Source: Bernardetia sp. ABR2-2B (GTDB lineage Bacteria > Bacteroidota > Bacteroidia > Cytophagales > Bernardetiaceae). Taken from it: DNA of 64,000 nt. Positions 9,375 to 18,527 of the stretch are shown in pieces. Within the stretch, counting starts at the first letter, position 1. The number at the start of each line of letters is the position of its first letter. The position numbers and the translations under genes were made by a program. Where the stretch lies: contig NZ_CP147020.1 in assembly GCF_037126435.1 (NCBI RefSeq), positions 1,971,293-2,035,292 on the forward strand. Direction: 5' to 3'. The notes beneath the pieces are model-generated. The model made no database searches. It worked only from the letters and a program-made list of their open reading frames with translations, and was not told the origin of the DNA.

Positions 9375-10487
9375 TTGAACAATCCTAAAAAAATAACTGC
9401 TAAAGCTCCTAATGAAAAGGAAGTTTTCAAGACGCTCAACACAAATAAAATTTATATTCCTGTTCTGATTGGTTTGGGTGTTGCTATTTATTTTTTCTTG
9501 GAGAAAGTTGATATTCCTATTTTTTTAGAAGCTTTAGGAAAGTCAAACTGGTATTGGTTTTTGGGTGCTTTGATTATGCTTTTGGCTAGAGATGCAGGTT
9601 ATATTTATCGCATTCGAATGATTAGTGATGATGAGCTTTCTTGGAAATCTAGTATTTATATTATCTTACTATGGGAGTTTGCTTCTGCTGTTACGCCTTC
9701 TGTGGTGGGGGGAACAGCCGTTGCCATTTTTATTCTGAATAGAGAAGGATTATCTTTTGGAAAGTCAATGGCATACGTAATGATGACTGCTCTGCTGGAT
9801 AACTTCTTTTTTATTGTTTTTTCTCCCTTAGCTATTTTTGTTTCCAATTCATTTGATTTTATGGTTTTTCCTGCTATTTCGGCAGGTATGTTTAATGAAT
9901 TTGTACAAAAGCAAGGGTTGAAAGGAGCTTTTTATGTGAGTTATGGTCTTACAGTTATCTATGCTTCTTTTTTCGTTTATGGCTTACTAATAAATCCTCG
10001 TGGCTTCAAGTGGCTTTTAGTAAAAATAACGTCTATCAAACTTCTTAGAAGATTCAGAGAAGGTGCAATAAATACGGGCAACGAAATGATAATTGCAGCC
10101 AAAACATTGCGTGGAAGTGGTATTTCATTATGGATAAAAGCTATTTTCTTGACTTTTTTCATTTGGATAGCTCGTTATTTGATGCTCAACTGCTTGATTT
10201 CAGCTTTCACACCTCTTGAAGCAATAGACCACCTTTTTGTTTTTGCTCGTCAGATAGCTATGTGGATTGTAATGCTTCTTTCTCCAACCCCTGGAAGCAG
10301 TGGAACAGCAGAAGCTGTATTTTGTCTGTTTTATGTGGAGTATTTGAGAAGCGAATTTTGTGCTGCTGTGGGTATTTTATGGAGGCTATTCTATTATTAT
10401 CCTTACCTTTTTGTTGGAGCGTTGATTTTACCTCGTTGGTTGATTAGAGTAAATAAAAACAGAAGGAATAATGAAAAAAAGAGCTAA
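9375..10487 (+). CDS. flippase-like / lysylphosphatidylglycerol-synthase TM-region (UPF0104) family membrane protein
   Basis: 370-aa polytopic membrane protein with the characteristic UPF0104 N-terminal blocks (…LGALIMLLARDAGYIYRIRMI…). Confidence 0.65.
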   Translation: MNNPKKITAKAPNEKEVFKTLNTNKIYIPVLIGLGVAIYFFLEKVDIPIFLEALGKSNWYWFLGALIMLLARDAGYIYRIRMISDDELSWKSSIYIILLWEFASAVTPSVVGGTAVAIFILNREGLSFGKSMAYVMMTALLDNFFFIVFSPLAIFVSNSFDFMVFPAISAGMFNEFVQKQGLKGAFYVSYGLTVIYASFFVYGLLINPRGFKWLLVKITSIKLLRRFREGAINTGNEMIIAAKTLRGSGISLWIKAIFLTFFIWIARYLMLNCLISAFTPLEAIDHLFVFARQIAMWIVMLLSPTPGSSGTAEAVFCLFYVEYLRSEFCAAVGILWRLFYYYPYLFVGALILPRWLIRVNKNRRNNEKKS

Positions 10488-10504
10488 TTAAGACTTCCAT
10501 AAAG

Positions 10505-12529
10505 TTAAATCTTCACACCCAAAACTGTAATATCATCACGCTGTTCTACTCCCCAGCTATGGGTTTGAAGCTCGTCGTTGAGGTCTTGTTTTTGAACAGG
10601 AAGTGGAAGAGTTGCATTTTTTTCTAAAAATTTTAGAAGGCGTGTAGTTCCAAACTTTTTGTTATCAGAATTTTGTTGGTCACTAAAACCATCTGTCATG
10701 AGATACAGGCAGTCTCCTTTCATCAGATACAAATCTTGTGTAGTAAAAGGTTTTGCTTTCCTATCTCTACCTCCAATAGACTTTACATCTCCTTTTAAGG
10801 TCTGCAAAGATGAATTTTGGAAATAATAAAGTGGACGTTTTGCTCCTGTAAACTGTACGTGTGCCGTTTCATCAGCATTAAAACGAATTGTACAAATACA
10901 AACATCCATTCCGTCATCATTTGACATGTTATTTTGCTGTAATGATTTTTTTACGCCTTCGTGCAAACGTGTCAAGATTTGAGCCGTATCAAATATTTTT
11001 TCTTGATTTACAATTTCGTTCAAAAGAGTATTTCCAATCATCGACATAAATGCCCCCGGAACGCCATGACCCGTACAATCGACGGCTGCCAAAACAGTTA
11101 CCTGCCCCTCTAGTGTATATTGATTTGTCATCCAATAAAAATCTCCTGAAACCATATCTTTAGGAGAAAAAAGCACAAAATGGTCTGCAAAAGCCTTTTC
11201 AAATTCTATTTCAGCAGGAAGAATAGCTTCTTGGATAGTTTGGGCATAGCGAATTGAATCAGTAATTTTTTGATTCTTTGTTGTTACTTCTTTATTTAAT
11301 GTTTCTATTTGTTCAATTTTAGTTTCTAGTTCTCCCTTTGTTTGATTAAGGTCGTGGTTTGATTTTTCTAAATCTTCATTTTGCCTATTGATTTTACGAG
11401 AGACAAAATAAGCACCACCAGCAACAACTAAGAGAAGTAAGGCGACAATACCAGCAATAATCATTTGAAGACGAGCTAGTTCTTTTTCTGCTTCTACTTC
11501 TTCTATTTTTTCTGTAAAAGCTGTTGTGATAGAGTCTTTTTCATATAAAAGCCCTCTAATCTTATCCATCAACTTACGAGTTTCTACTTGCGCTTCCTCA
11601 AAGGCAGTTTCATTTTTTATGAGCTGATTAGCTAAGGCTTCTAATTCTTTCCTCAATCTACTTTTTTCTGCTGCCGTTACACTACTACCATTTAGTTCTT
11701 CAGCTATACGCTCCATTTCTGCACGAATTTTATAACCTTGTTCAGCAAGCATACTCTTTTGCATCTCAAGGTCATTGACTACTTTTTCTAAATTGATACG
11801 TTCCTGTATTTTTGCTGTATCCTCTTCTACCTTTATACTTTCTTCTATTTCTTCTTTTTTTGGTTTCTTCTCTTGCTTCAAAACAGGATTAGATAAATCC
11901 CCTGAAAGCACTATTTTTACTTCATTTAGTCTTTTATTATAAGAGAAAAACTTCCCATCAACTTTTTTTCCATTGACTATAAACTCTGAGGAAGAAGTTA
12001 CTGTTTTGCCATTAGGAATCTCCATATAAAAGTTACCCACAGCATCAGCTTGTTTTGTCTTTTCATAATTTACCCCCTTCCAAGTTACTTCTGCACCAGC
12101 TAAAGGAGTATTTTTTTGAGCAAATACTTGTCCCTTCAATACCTTACCTAACTCTCTTAATGTAATAGAAAGTCCATTTTTTCCCATATCATAATCTACC
12201 AAAGAATATCCTTCTTTCTCAACATTTACTTTTTTGGGAAACCCTTTTGCTGCTGGATATTCTATTGTGAAGCCACCATTGCTATTACTAGCCCCTTTGC
12301 CAATATTAGGCATAATTACCATAACACCCTCCACAGGATTACCTTTTGTATCATTAGTCGTCCCCATAATAATTTTTGTTTGTGCTATTGTTCTAGCAGA
12401 AAAGCAAAACAGAAAAACTAATACAAATAACGAACGAATAAAAGAGAGATTATTTATGTGAATATATGGTAATTTGGATAGCATATGTAAGGTAGAATGG
12501 ACAAATTCTTGGTTTCGACTTTTAATCAT
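10505..12529 (-). CDS. membrane sensor SpoIIE/PP2C-family Ser/Thr phosphatase with an extracytoplasmic CarbopepD_reg-like beta-sandwich
   Basis: Order of parts: signal peptide, one or two carboxypeptidase-regulatory-like domains, coiled coil, one TM helix (IIAGIVALLLLVVAGGAYFV), coiled coil, then a C-terminal PP2C/SpoIIE domain (DSIRYAQTIQEAILP … VDCTGHGVPGAFMS … DGMD … TDGFSDQ). A start at the internal Met near 12484 is possible. Confidence 0.75.
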   Translation of the reverse strand: MIKSRNQEFVHSTLHMLSKLPYIHINNLSFIRSLFVLVFLFCFSARTIAQTKIIMGTTNDTKGNPVEGVMVIMPNIGKGASNSNGGFTIEYPAAKGFPKKVNVEKEGYSLVDYDMGKNGLSITLRELGKVLKGQVFAQKNTPLAGAEVTWKGVNYEKTKQADAVGNFYMEIPNGKTVTSSSEFIVNGKKVDGKFFSYNKRLNEVKIVLSGDLSNPVLKQEKKPKKEEIEESIKVEEDTAKIQERINLEKVVNDLEMQKSMLAEQGYKIRAEMERIAEELNGSSVTAAEKSRLRKELEALANQLIKNETAFEEAQVETRKLMDKIRGLLYEKDSITTAFTEKIEEVEAEKELARLQMIIAGIVALLLLVVAGGAYFVSRKINRQNEDLEKSNHDLNQTKGELETKIEQIETLNKEVTTKNQKITDSIRYAQTIQEAILPAEIEFEKAFADHFVLFSPKDMVSGDFYWMTNQYTLEGQVTVLAAVDCTGHGVPGAFMSMIGNTLLNEIVNQEKIFDTAQILTRLHEGVKKSLQQNNMSNDDGMDVCICTIRFNADETAHVQFTGAKRPLYYFQNSSLQTLKGDVKSIGGRDRKAKPFTTQDLYLMKGDCLYLMTDGFSDQQNSDNKKFGTTRLLKFLEKNATLPLPVQKQDLNDELQTHSWGVEQRDDITVLGVKI

Positions 12530-12688
12530 TGCTAGTCAATTTATTTAAGAATAGTTTAAATATATCAACAACTAAAAATGATAATTAGATTACAGACGGT
12601 TTTCCAAATATATAAAATCCGTATCTATCTACCTACAAAAAACAGCAAAAAAAATTACTTTTGAATCAAAAAAGAGTTTTTTTATAGC

Positions 12689-13459
12689 TTACTTTTTAAA
12701 ATAAACATCTCTAGCCTTTTTGAGAGCTTCAGTAAAGGCTTCTTTTGAAGAAAATATTTTTTTAAAAGCACTTTGATAAGTCGTAGGGTTTTGATTTATC
12801 TCCTCTTCAGAATCTTGATTTAATGCAGAACTATTTTTTGTTTCTATTTTACTTTTTGCTTCGCTTTCTTCTCTCTGACTAATTTCTGCATCTATTTCTT
12901 TAGATAACATTTTATCTTCTTTACTTTGTTCTTCTCGTAGCTTATCAGCTTTTTCAAAACGCTTATTTGCTTTCAGTTGATAACCTACCTTTTCTTCTAA
13001 AAGCCCCAAATTATTATGAGCAATTGCATCTTCTGGGTCTAGTTCTACTGCTTTTCTATAATCTTGCATTGCCAAAACAATCATTCCTGCTGCTGCACGG
13101 ATATAAGCACGACTAGAATATCGATATGGATTATCTGGTTCTAGCTCTAGGGCAATATTCATATTTACTAAGGCTTCTGATAGTTTTCCAACTGTAAAAT
13201 AAAGCACACCACGCTCACTATACGCATTTGGATTTTCAGCTTTATGAATGGATAAGTTATAATCCCTTAATGCTTTCTGAAACTCTTGTAACTTGAAATA
13301 AGCATAACCACGACGAAACAAAACTTCACCCTCAGAAATAGATTTTAATTCCTCTTTTTGAGGATTTTGAGCAAAATCATTTATTATTTTTGTACAAATT
13401 TGGATAGCTTCTTCATATTTTCCTTCTTGAATAGCTATATTTATAGTTTGAATATTCAT
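12689..13459 (-). CDS. TPR-repeat protein
   Basis: Several 34-aa TPR-like repeats (…AYFKLQEFQKALRDYNLSI…, …ALVNMNIALELEPDNP…, …AMQDYRKAVELDPEDA…). Charged C-terminal tail. Confidence 0.75.
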   Translation of the reverse strand: MNIQTINIAIQEGKYEEAIQICTKIINDFAQNPQKEELKSISEGEVLFRRGYAYFKLQEFQKALRDYNLSIHKAENPNAYSERGVLYFTVGKLSEALVNMNIALELEPDNPYRYSSRAYIRAAAGMIVLAMQDYRKAVELDPEDAIAHNNLGLLEEKVGYQLKANKRFEKADKLREEQSKEDKMLSKEIDAEISQREESEAKSKIETKNSSALNQDSEEEINQNPTTYQSAFKKIFSSKEAFTEALKKARDVYFKK

Positions 13460-13492
13460 TTTGAATAATTTTTTATGAAACAGATAATTTTT

Positions 13493-13987
13493 ATGAATAA
13501 AATAGTATTGCTACTTCTTGCTTTGTGTTGCTTCTCTTGTCTATCAAAGAAAAATAAAGAGACAACCGTTGATAAAGAAAAAGGAGTAATTAAGACAGAG
13601 AAAAGCAAAAATTTAATCAATGACCCTCGTTCTCCTAATCCAAGTAGTGAACTAGCTGTTTTGATGCGTGATATGTGGGAATATTCCGATACGCTAAAAA
13701 CTGCTATTTCTAATGGAAACACAGATTCTCTACCAAAATATGTTCATCATTTTGAGCATATTCTACAAGCAGAACCCACAGACGAACACACAAAAAGTCC
13801 CTCTTTTGATGCAATGGCAAAGATAATGCTTCAAAAATTAGAAAACGTATATCAGAATGCAAATGCAAAGGAAAAACAGAGCGTACAAGTAGAAGGTTTC
13901 AACTTATTTGTCAAAAGCTGTTTACAATGCCACGAGCAGCAATGCCCAGGTCCTATTTCAAAGATTTCTAAGTTAGAAATAAAGTAG
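13493..13987 (+). CDS. lipoprotein with a C-terminal CxxCH haem-binding motif (putative small c-type cytochrome)
   Basis: Signal peptide with Cys lipobox (LLLALCCFSC), then CLQCHEQQC near the C-terminus. The ORF track starts 6 codons earlier at 13475. I prefer this ORF over the antisense ORF 13456..13722. Confidence 0.5.
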   Translation: MNKIVLLLLALCCFSCLSKKNKETTVDKEKGVIKTEKSKNLINDPRSPNPSSELAVLMRDMWEYSDTLKTAISNGNTDSLPKYVHHFEHILQAEPTDEHTKSPSFDAMAKIMLQKLENVYQNANAKEKQSVQVEGFNLFVKSCLQCHEQQCPGPISKISKLEIK

Positions 13988-14039
13988 ATTTTGATGTTTT
14001 TGATTTATTTATAGTTCTTAAATTTTATTTTTATAAAAA

Positions 14040-15839
14040 ATGCTTTTTACATTCAAACATATACTACTTCTAAGCTTATTTTTTATAAAAACATCTTTTT
14101 TAGTTGCTCAAAATCATCATATTTTGGAGGATAAACCTCACGAAGATATAGATAACTTTGAAATTCTAATTGATAAAAATTATACATTCGAACAAATTCT
14201 TACTGATTCTACACTTAAGTTTCAAAAAAATCCTGAACGATATAAGTTTGAAACTGAAGAATATTGTTGGTTTCGGTTTACTATAAAAAACCCTTCCGTT
14301 TACACAAAAGAAATTTATCTAGTTACAGCACCTAAAATAAATAATACACTCTATTTTTATAATTATGAAGACAAAGAGTGGCAAACTAATCAAGCGGGTA
14401 TTGCCATAACTAACTCTAAAATGCGTAAAACGTACTTTCATATTTATCTACAACCCAAAGCACTAAATTATTTCTATGTTAAAGTAAAAGTAAGAGAACT
14501 ACACACACAAGAACACTCCGTCAGAACATATATTTACTTTAAATCCAAAGAGAACTTCGAACAAAAAGTGCAGTTTGTGATAGTTTCTTGTATAGTAGTC
14601 TGTTTTGCCATGTGTCTATTTTTCATTTATAACCTTTATATTTTTACTGTTTTTAGAGATTTGACTTATCTCTACTACTTAATTATTATTGTGGGAGGTG
14701 TTTTGTATATCATAGAATCTAGTAATGTAATTGATTTTGTTATTCCTATTAGTTTTTATGGTTTAGGGGTACAACCAGATGGAAATTTGTATTTCTATCA
14801 AGCCAAAAACATTATAAATATTGCAAATCTTTTATTGATTTTTTTCGGTTATATACAGTTTTCCAGAAACTATCTAAAACTTCAGACTTATTTAGTTTTT
14901 TGGGATACTATTATGAAATATACTTTATATATATTCTGTTCGTTTAGCATTTTCTTTATTGCTTGTTCATTTTCTAAATCATTTTATCTATATACTCAGT
15001 TAGCATTTTTTCATAATATACTATGTACTGTAATTATTTTATTGATTTTTGGTGTAAGTATATTTTTATATAAAGAGGGATACAAACTAGCTCGTTATTT
15101 TTTACTTGCTAACACATTTCCTTTATTGGGAATACTTAGTATCGCTTTTTATCTAGTTTTGTATAAATCACCTACAATTAATTTACAATTAATTCCTCAT
15201 ATAGCTATAATATTACAGACAGTCGGCTTTGCTATTGCACTAGTTGCTCGTATAAATCTTTTAAAAGATGAGCTAAAAGAAAAACAACTTAAAGCAGAAC
15301 AACTAGAAAAAGAAAATGACAAAATGTTGGCTCGTAATCGTTATATTGAATTAGAAAATGAACATATTATTTCTGAAATGGCACAAGAAGTCAATCAAAA
15401 TGCAGATTTACAACAAAAACTAGAAGTCAATCAGAGAGAGCTTACGGCAAATATGCTTTATCTTTATCAAAAAAATGAAATGTTGGCTAGTCTTCAAAGG
15501 CAAATAAAAAACCTTTCTTTTAAAGATACCACAGATAAAAATAGAGCAGGAATCAGAGAAATAAAATCTACAATTAAAAATGATTTATACTTAGAGAACG
15601 ATTGGGATAAATTCAAGATTCACTTTGAAGAAGTTCATCCTAATTTCTTTAGAAATTTAAAAGAAAAATACCCTACGCTTACACCAAACGAAATACGTCT
15701 TTCAGCTTATTATCATCTCAATATGTCAGCAAAAGAAATAGCCACTTTACTAAATATTAACCCTACAAGTGTGCATAGAGCTAAGTCAAGATTAAACAAA
15801 AAAATGGAGAAAGCCAATAAAGAAAAGCAAGGAAATTAG
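14040..15839 (+). CDS. 7TMR-DISM-type membrane receptor fused to a C-terminal LuxR-type HTH (one-component membrane regulator)
   Basis: Signal peptide plus a ~150-aa extracellular domain, then seven hydrophobic helices (residues ~185-400), a coiled coil, and a C-terminal LTPNEIRLSAYYHLNMSAKEIATLLNINPTSVHRAKSRLNKKM that matches the LuxR/GerE HTH. Confidence 0.65.
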   Translation: MLFTFKHILLLSLFFIKTSFLVAQNHHILEDKPHEDIDNFEILIDKNYTFEQILTDSTLKFQKNPERYKFETEEYCWFRFTIKNPSVYTKEIYLVTAPKINNTLYFYNYEDKEWQTNQAGIAITNSKMRKTYFHIYLQPKALNYFYVKVKVRELHTQEHSVRTYIYFKSKENFEQKVQFVIVSCIVVCFAMCLFFIYNLYIFTVFRDLTYLYYLIIIVGGVLYIIESSNVIDFVIPISFYGLGVQPDGNLYFYQAKNIINIANLLLIFFGYIQFSRNYLKLQTYLVFWDTIMKYTLYIFCSFSIFFIACSFSKSFYLYTQLAFFHNILCTVIILLIFGVSIFLYKEGYKLARYFLLANTFPLLGILSIAFYLVLYKSPTINLQLIPHIAIILQTVGFAIALVARINLLKDELKEKQLKAEQLEKENDKMLARNRYIELENEHIISEMAQEVNQNADLQQKLEVNQRELTANMLYLYQKNEMLASLQRQIKNLSFKDTTDKNRAGIREIKSTIKNDLYLENDWDKFKIHFEEVHPNFFRNLKEKYPTLTPNEIRLSAYYHLNMSAKEIATLLNINPTSVHRAKSRLNKKMEKANKEKQGN

Positions 15840-16450
15840 TCTTTTAATCATCCTTTTTCATCAAAACCTTAAAGCAATTTTATAGCAAGTCTATGAAATT
15901 GCTTTTTTATTTACATTCATATAAAAATGATTTTTTTCTTATAAATTTTAATCAGAGCATTCTAACACACTCAAATAGTTTAATTAATTATGAATATAAT
16001 TATAAAAACCACCAAAAAAGCTATTTTTTCTGTCTTGTCTATACTTTGTCTATACTGTTTTTTTTGATTTATGAGTCAAAAAATATTGATTTGAAGTATG
16101 TAATGATAAAAATGCTAGTAACAAAACAAGAGTTCTTTTCAAATTTTCATATAGCTGTTATTTACCCTGTAAAAGTAGTAACGCTAGGAATTAATTAATA
16201 ATTTAAAGTAGCGTATCAAAAAACCATTTTTCATTGAAGGATGGTTTTTTTATTTTTCTTATTTTAATCGCTTTTGACAATGACTAGAAAATTAACGACC
16301 TTTGTGTTTATTTTTTATCTGTTTTTTACACAATTTTGCGTATTTTATTGATTGAATAAAAGAATTTGAGTAAAAGAAATTACTTTAAATTCTGAATATT
16401 CATAATTAATATGTAATTCGTAATTTTTAATTTGTAATCGTTTTCAACCT

Positions 16451-17446
16451 ATGCAAGTCAATACTGCCAAATTTTTAGAAAGCAATCCGTCTGTAAAGAC
16501 TTGTCCTTCTCCTCATATGCCCGAATACGCTTTTATTGGGCGTTCGAATGTCGGAAAATCTTCTCTTATTAATGCAATGACCAATCGTAAGAGTCTTGCC
16601 AAAACGTCCTCAACACCTGGAAAGACACAACTCATCAATCATTTTTTGATAAATGAAAGTTGGTATTTAGTTGATTTACCTGGATATGGTTGGGCAAAAG
16701 TGAGTAAATCTCAACGCAGAGATTTTGAAGGCTTAATTACAGAATATCTTTCTGAACGTGAAAACCTAGTGGTTACTTTTGTTTTGGTGGATATTAGACA
16801 CGAACCACAAGCGATTGATTTAGAGTTTTTTGCTTGGTTAGGAGAGAATCAGATTCCGTTTGCGATTATATTTACAAAATCTGATAAGCTAAATAATAGC
16901 AAACTTGTTGCTTCTTTAGATCGTTATGAAACAGTTTTGAAATCTGCTTGGGAAGCATTACCTCCTAATTTTATTACCTCAGCAGTAAAAAATGAAGGAA
17001 CAGAGGATATTTTGGCTTATATAGAGAAATATAATAAAGCCTTAGAAGAAAAATTTTCTCAAATTCAACCTATTAAAGTAATAAAGGAAGTTCCAGAACA
17101 ACCTGCAAAACAAGTTAAGAAGACAAACTCTAAACCTAAAACATATAAAAAGGAGGAAAGTGAAAGTGAACTCAATGAGTTTGAAAAAAAATCATTTGAG
17201 AAAGCTGCTCCAAAACCTTCAAAGTATGCTTCACCTAGAAAAACGAACTCTAAATATACTGTTCCTTTTTCTAATGAAAACAAGAACGAAAAATCAAAAG
17301 ATAAAGGAAAAAGACCTGCAACAAATGTAAAGCGAAATTCGAAGGCAGCAGAAAGCAAACAATTCAAATCAGCTTCTAAATCATCAAAGGGTGCTAAGAA
17401 CAAATCAAGTCAAAAACCAACCTCTTTCAAAGGAAAAAGAAAGTAA
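16451..17446 (+). CDS. engB: ribosome-biogenesis GTPase YihA/EngB with a ~130-aa lysine-rich C-terminal extension
   Basis: G1 P-loop GRSNVGKSSLIN, plus G3 DLPGYG and G4 TKSDK motifs. After ~200 aa it carries a K/S/P-rich low-complexity tail. Confidence 0.8.
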   Translation: MQVNTAKFLESNPSVKTCPSPHMPEYAFIGRSNVGKSSLINAMTNRKSLAKTSSTPGKTQLINHFLINESWYLVDLPGYGWAKVSKSQRRDFEGLITEYLSERENLVVTFVLVDIRHEPQAIDLEFFAWLGENQIPFAIIFTKSDKLNNSKLVASLDRYETVLKSAWEALPPNFITSAVKNEGTEDILAYIEKYNKALEEKFSQIQPIKVIKEVPEQPAKQVKKTNSKPKTYKKEESESELNEFEKKSFEKAAPKPSKYASPRKTNSKYTVPFSNENKNEKSKDKGKRPATNVKRNSKAAESKQFKSASKSSKGAKNKSSQKPTSFKGKRK

Positions 17447-17638
17447 ACCAAAATTCTATTTTATTTTTACTATTTTTGCGCTCTTGTATTTATTCTAATT
17501 AAGAATGTAGCCTAGGCTTTAGCATCCGAATAAAATTTTAGTTCACAAAAAATGTTTTTCTGAATAAACTCGTTTTTGTACGAAAATTGAAGTATAATTC
17601 TATTATAAAACTAATCAACAAAACTCTACATAGTATAT

Positions 17639-18412
17639 ATGAAACTTAAAGAAGTAGCCGTTATTTCGGGCAAACCCGGACTGTATCAAATTCTTAAACC
17701 TACTCGCAACGGAGTAATTATTGAAGCTATTGGAGGAGTTCGCTCCAAAATTATGGCTGATGCCAGTCATCGTATTTCTATATTAAAAGAAATTTCTATT
17801 TATACAACTACTGAAGAAGGTTCTGTGCCTTTGCAAGATGTGTTTCATAAAATATATGACAAACATGCACTCAAATTAGACATCAAAACATCTGATAATA
17901 ATGCTTTGAAAGGTCTTTTAAATGATATTTTACCAGAGTGGGACAAAGACCGTGTTTATACTTCTGACATCAAGAAATTAGTGATGTGGTACGGTATCTT
18001 AGCAGAACACGCACCCGAACTAATAGACCCAGCTCAAAAAGAAGAAGACGAGGAAGAAGAAGCTGTAAAGAGCCAAAGAGAGGAAAGTCAGGCAAAGCTA
18101 GAAGAAAACCCTGAAGAGCCAGTTACTATTTCTAAAATGGAAACAAAGCCAAAAACAAAAGCTAAAACTAAAAAAGCAGAAGCTAAATTAGATGCTATCG
18201 TAGAAGCAGAAACTTCTGCAACAGAAGACAAACCAAAAAAGACAACTACGAAAAAAGCTACTACTAAGAAGACAACTGCCAAAAAAGAAGACAAAGATAC
18301 AAAACCAAAGAAAGCAGCAGTCAAAAAAACAACTAAGCCTTCAGCAAAAACTCAAAAACCAACAACAAAAGCAGCTACCAAGGCTGTAAAAGGTAAAAGA
18401 GGAGATAAATAA
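17639..18412 (+). CDS. DUF5606-like protein with a histone-H1-like K/T/A-rich C-terminal tail
   Basis: The N-terminal ~130-aa conserved domain (MKLKEVAVISGKPGLYQI…) is typical of a Bacteroidetes DUF. It is followed by KKTT/KKAT low-complexity repeats. Confidence 0.5.
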   Translation: MKLKEVAVISGKPGLYQILKPTRNGVIIEAIGGVRSKIMADASHRISILKEISIYTTTEEGSVPLQDVFHKIYDKHALKLDIKTSDNNALKGLLNDILPEWDKDRVYTSDIKKLVMWYGILAEHAPELIDPAQKEEDEEEEAVKSQREESQAKLEENPEEPVTISKMETKPKTKAKTKKAEAKLDAIVEAETSATEDKPKKTTTKKATTKKTTAKKEDKDTKPKKAAVKKTTKPSAKTQKPTTKAATKAVKGKRGDK

Positions 18413-18527
18413 TCACAGTTTTTCTGTCAAAAAAAACCTAAATAGAATACTATCTATTTAGGTTTTTTTTGTTAAGAAAATTCTCTAATGCTATTTCAAC
18501 AAGAAAGAGCTAATCAGTTTTTAAGAA

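Noticed and set aside
13456-13722. 88-aa minus-strand ORF overlapping the CxxCH lipoprotein gene
   Set aside because: It is antisense to a better ORF that has a signal peptide and lipobox, and it overlaps the TPR gene start.
15893-16198. 101-aa ORF on the plus strand
   Set aside because: Extremely low complexity (N/Y/F/L/I-rich) in an AT-rich spacer with no start context. It is most likely a chance ORF.
17065-18324. Long antisense ORFs 17065..17403 and 18088..18324
   Set aside because: They are generated by the repetitive Lys-codon tails of engB and the DUF5606 gene on the opposite strand. They are Phe-rich translations of AAA/AAG runs.
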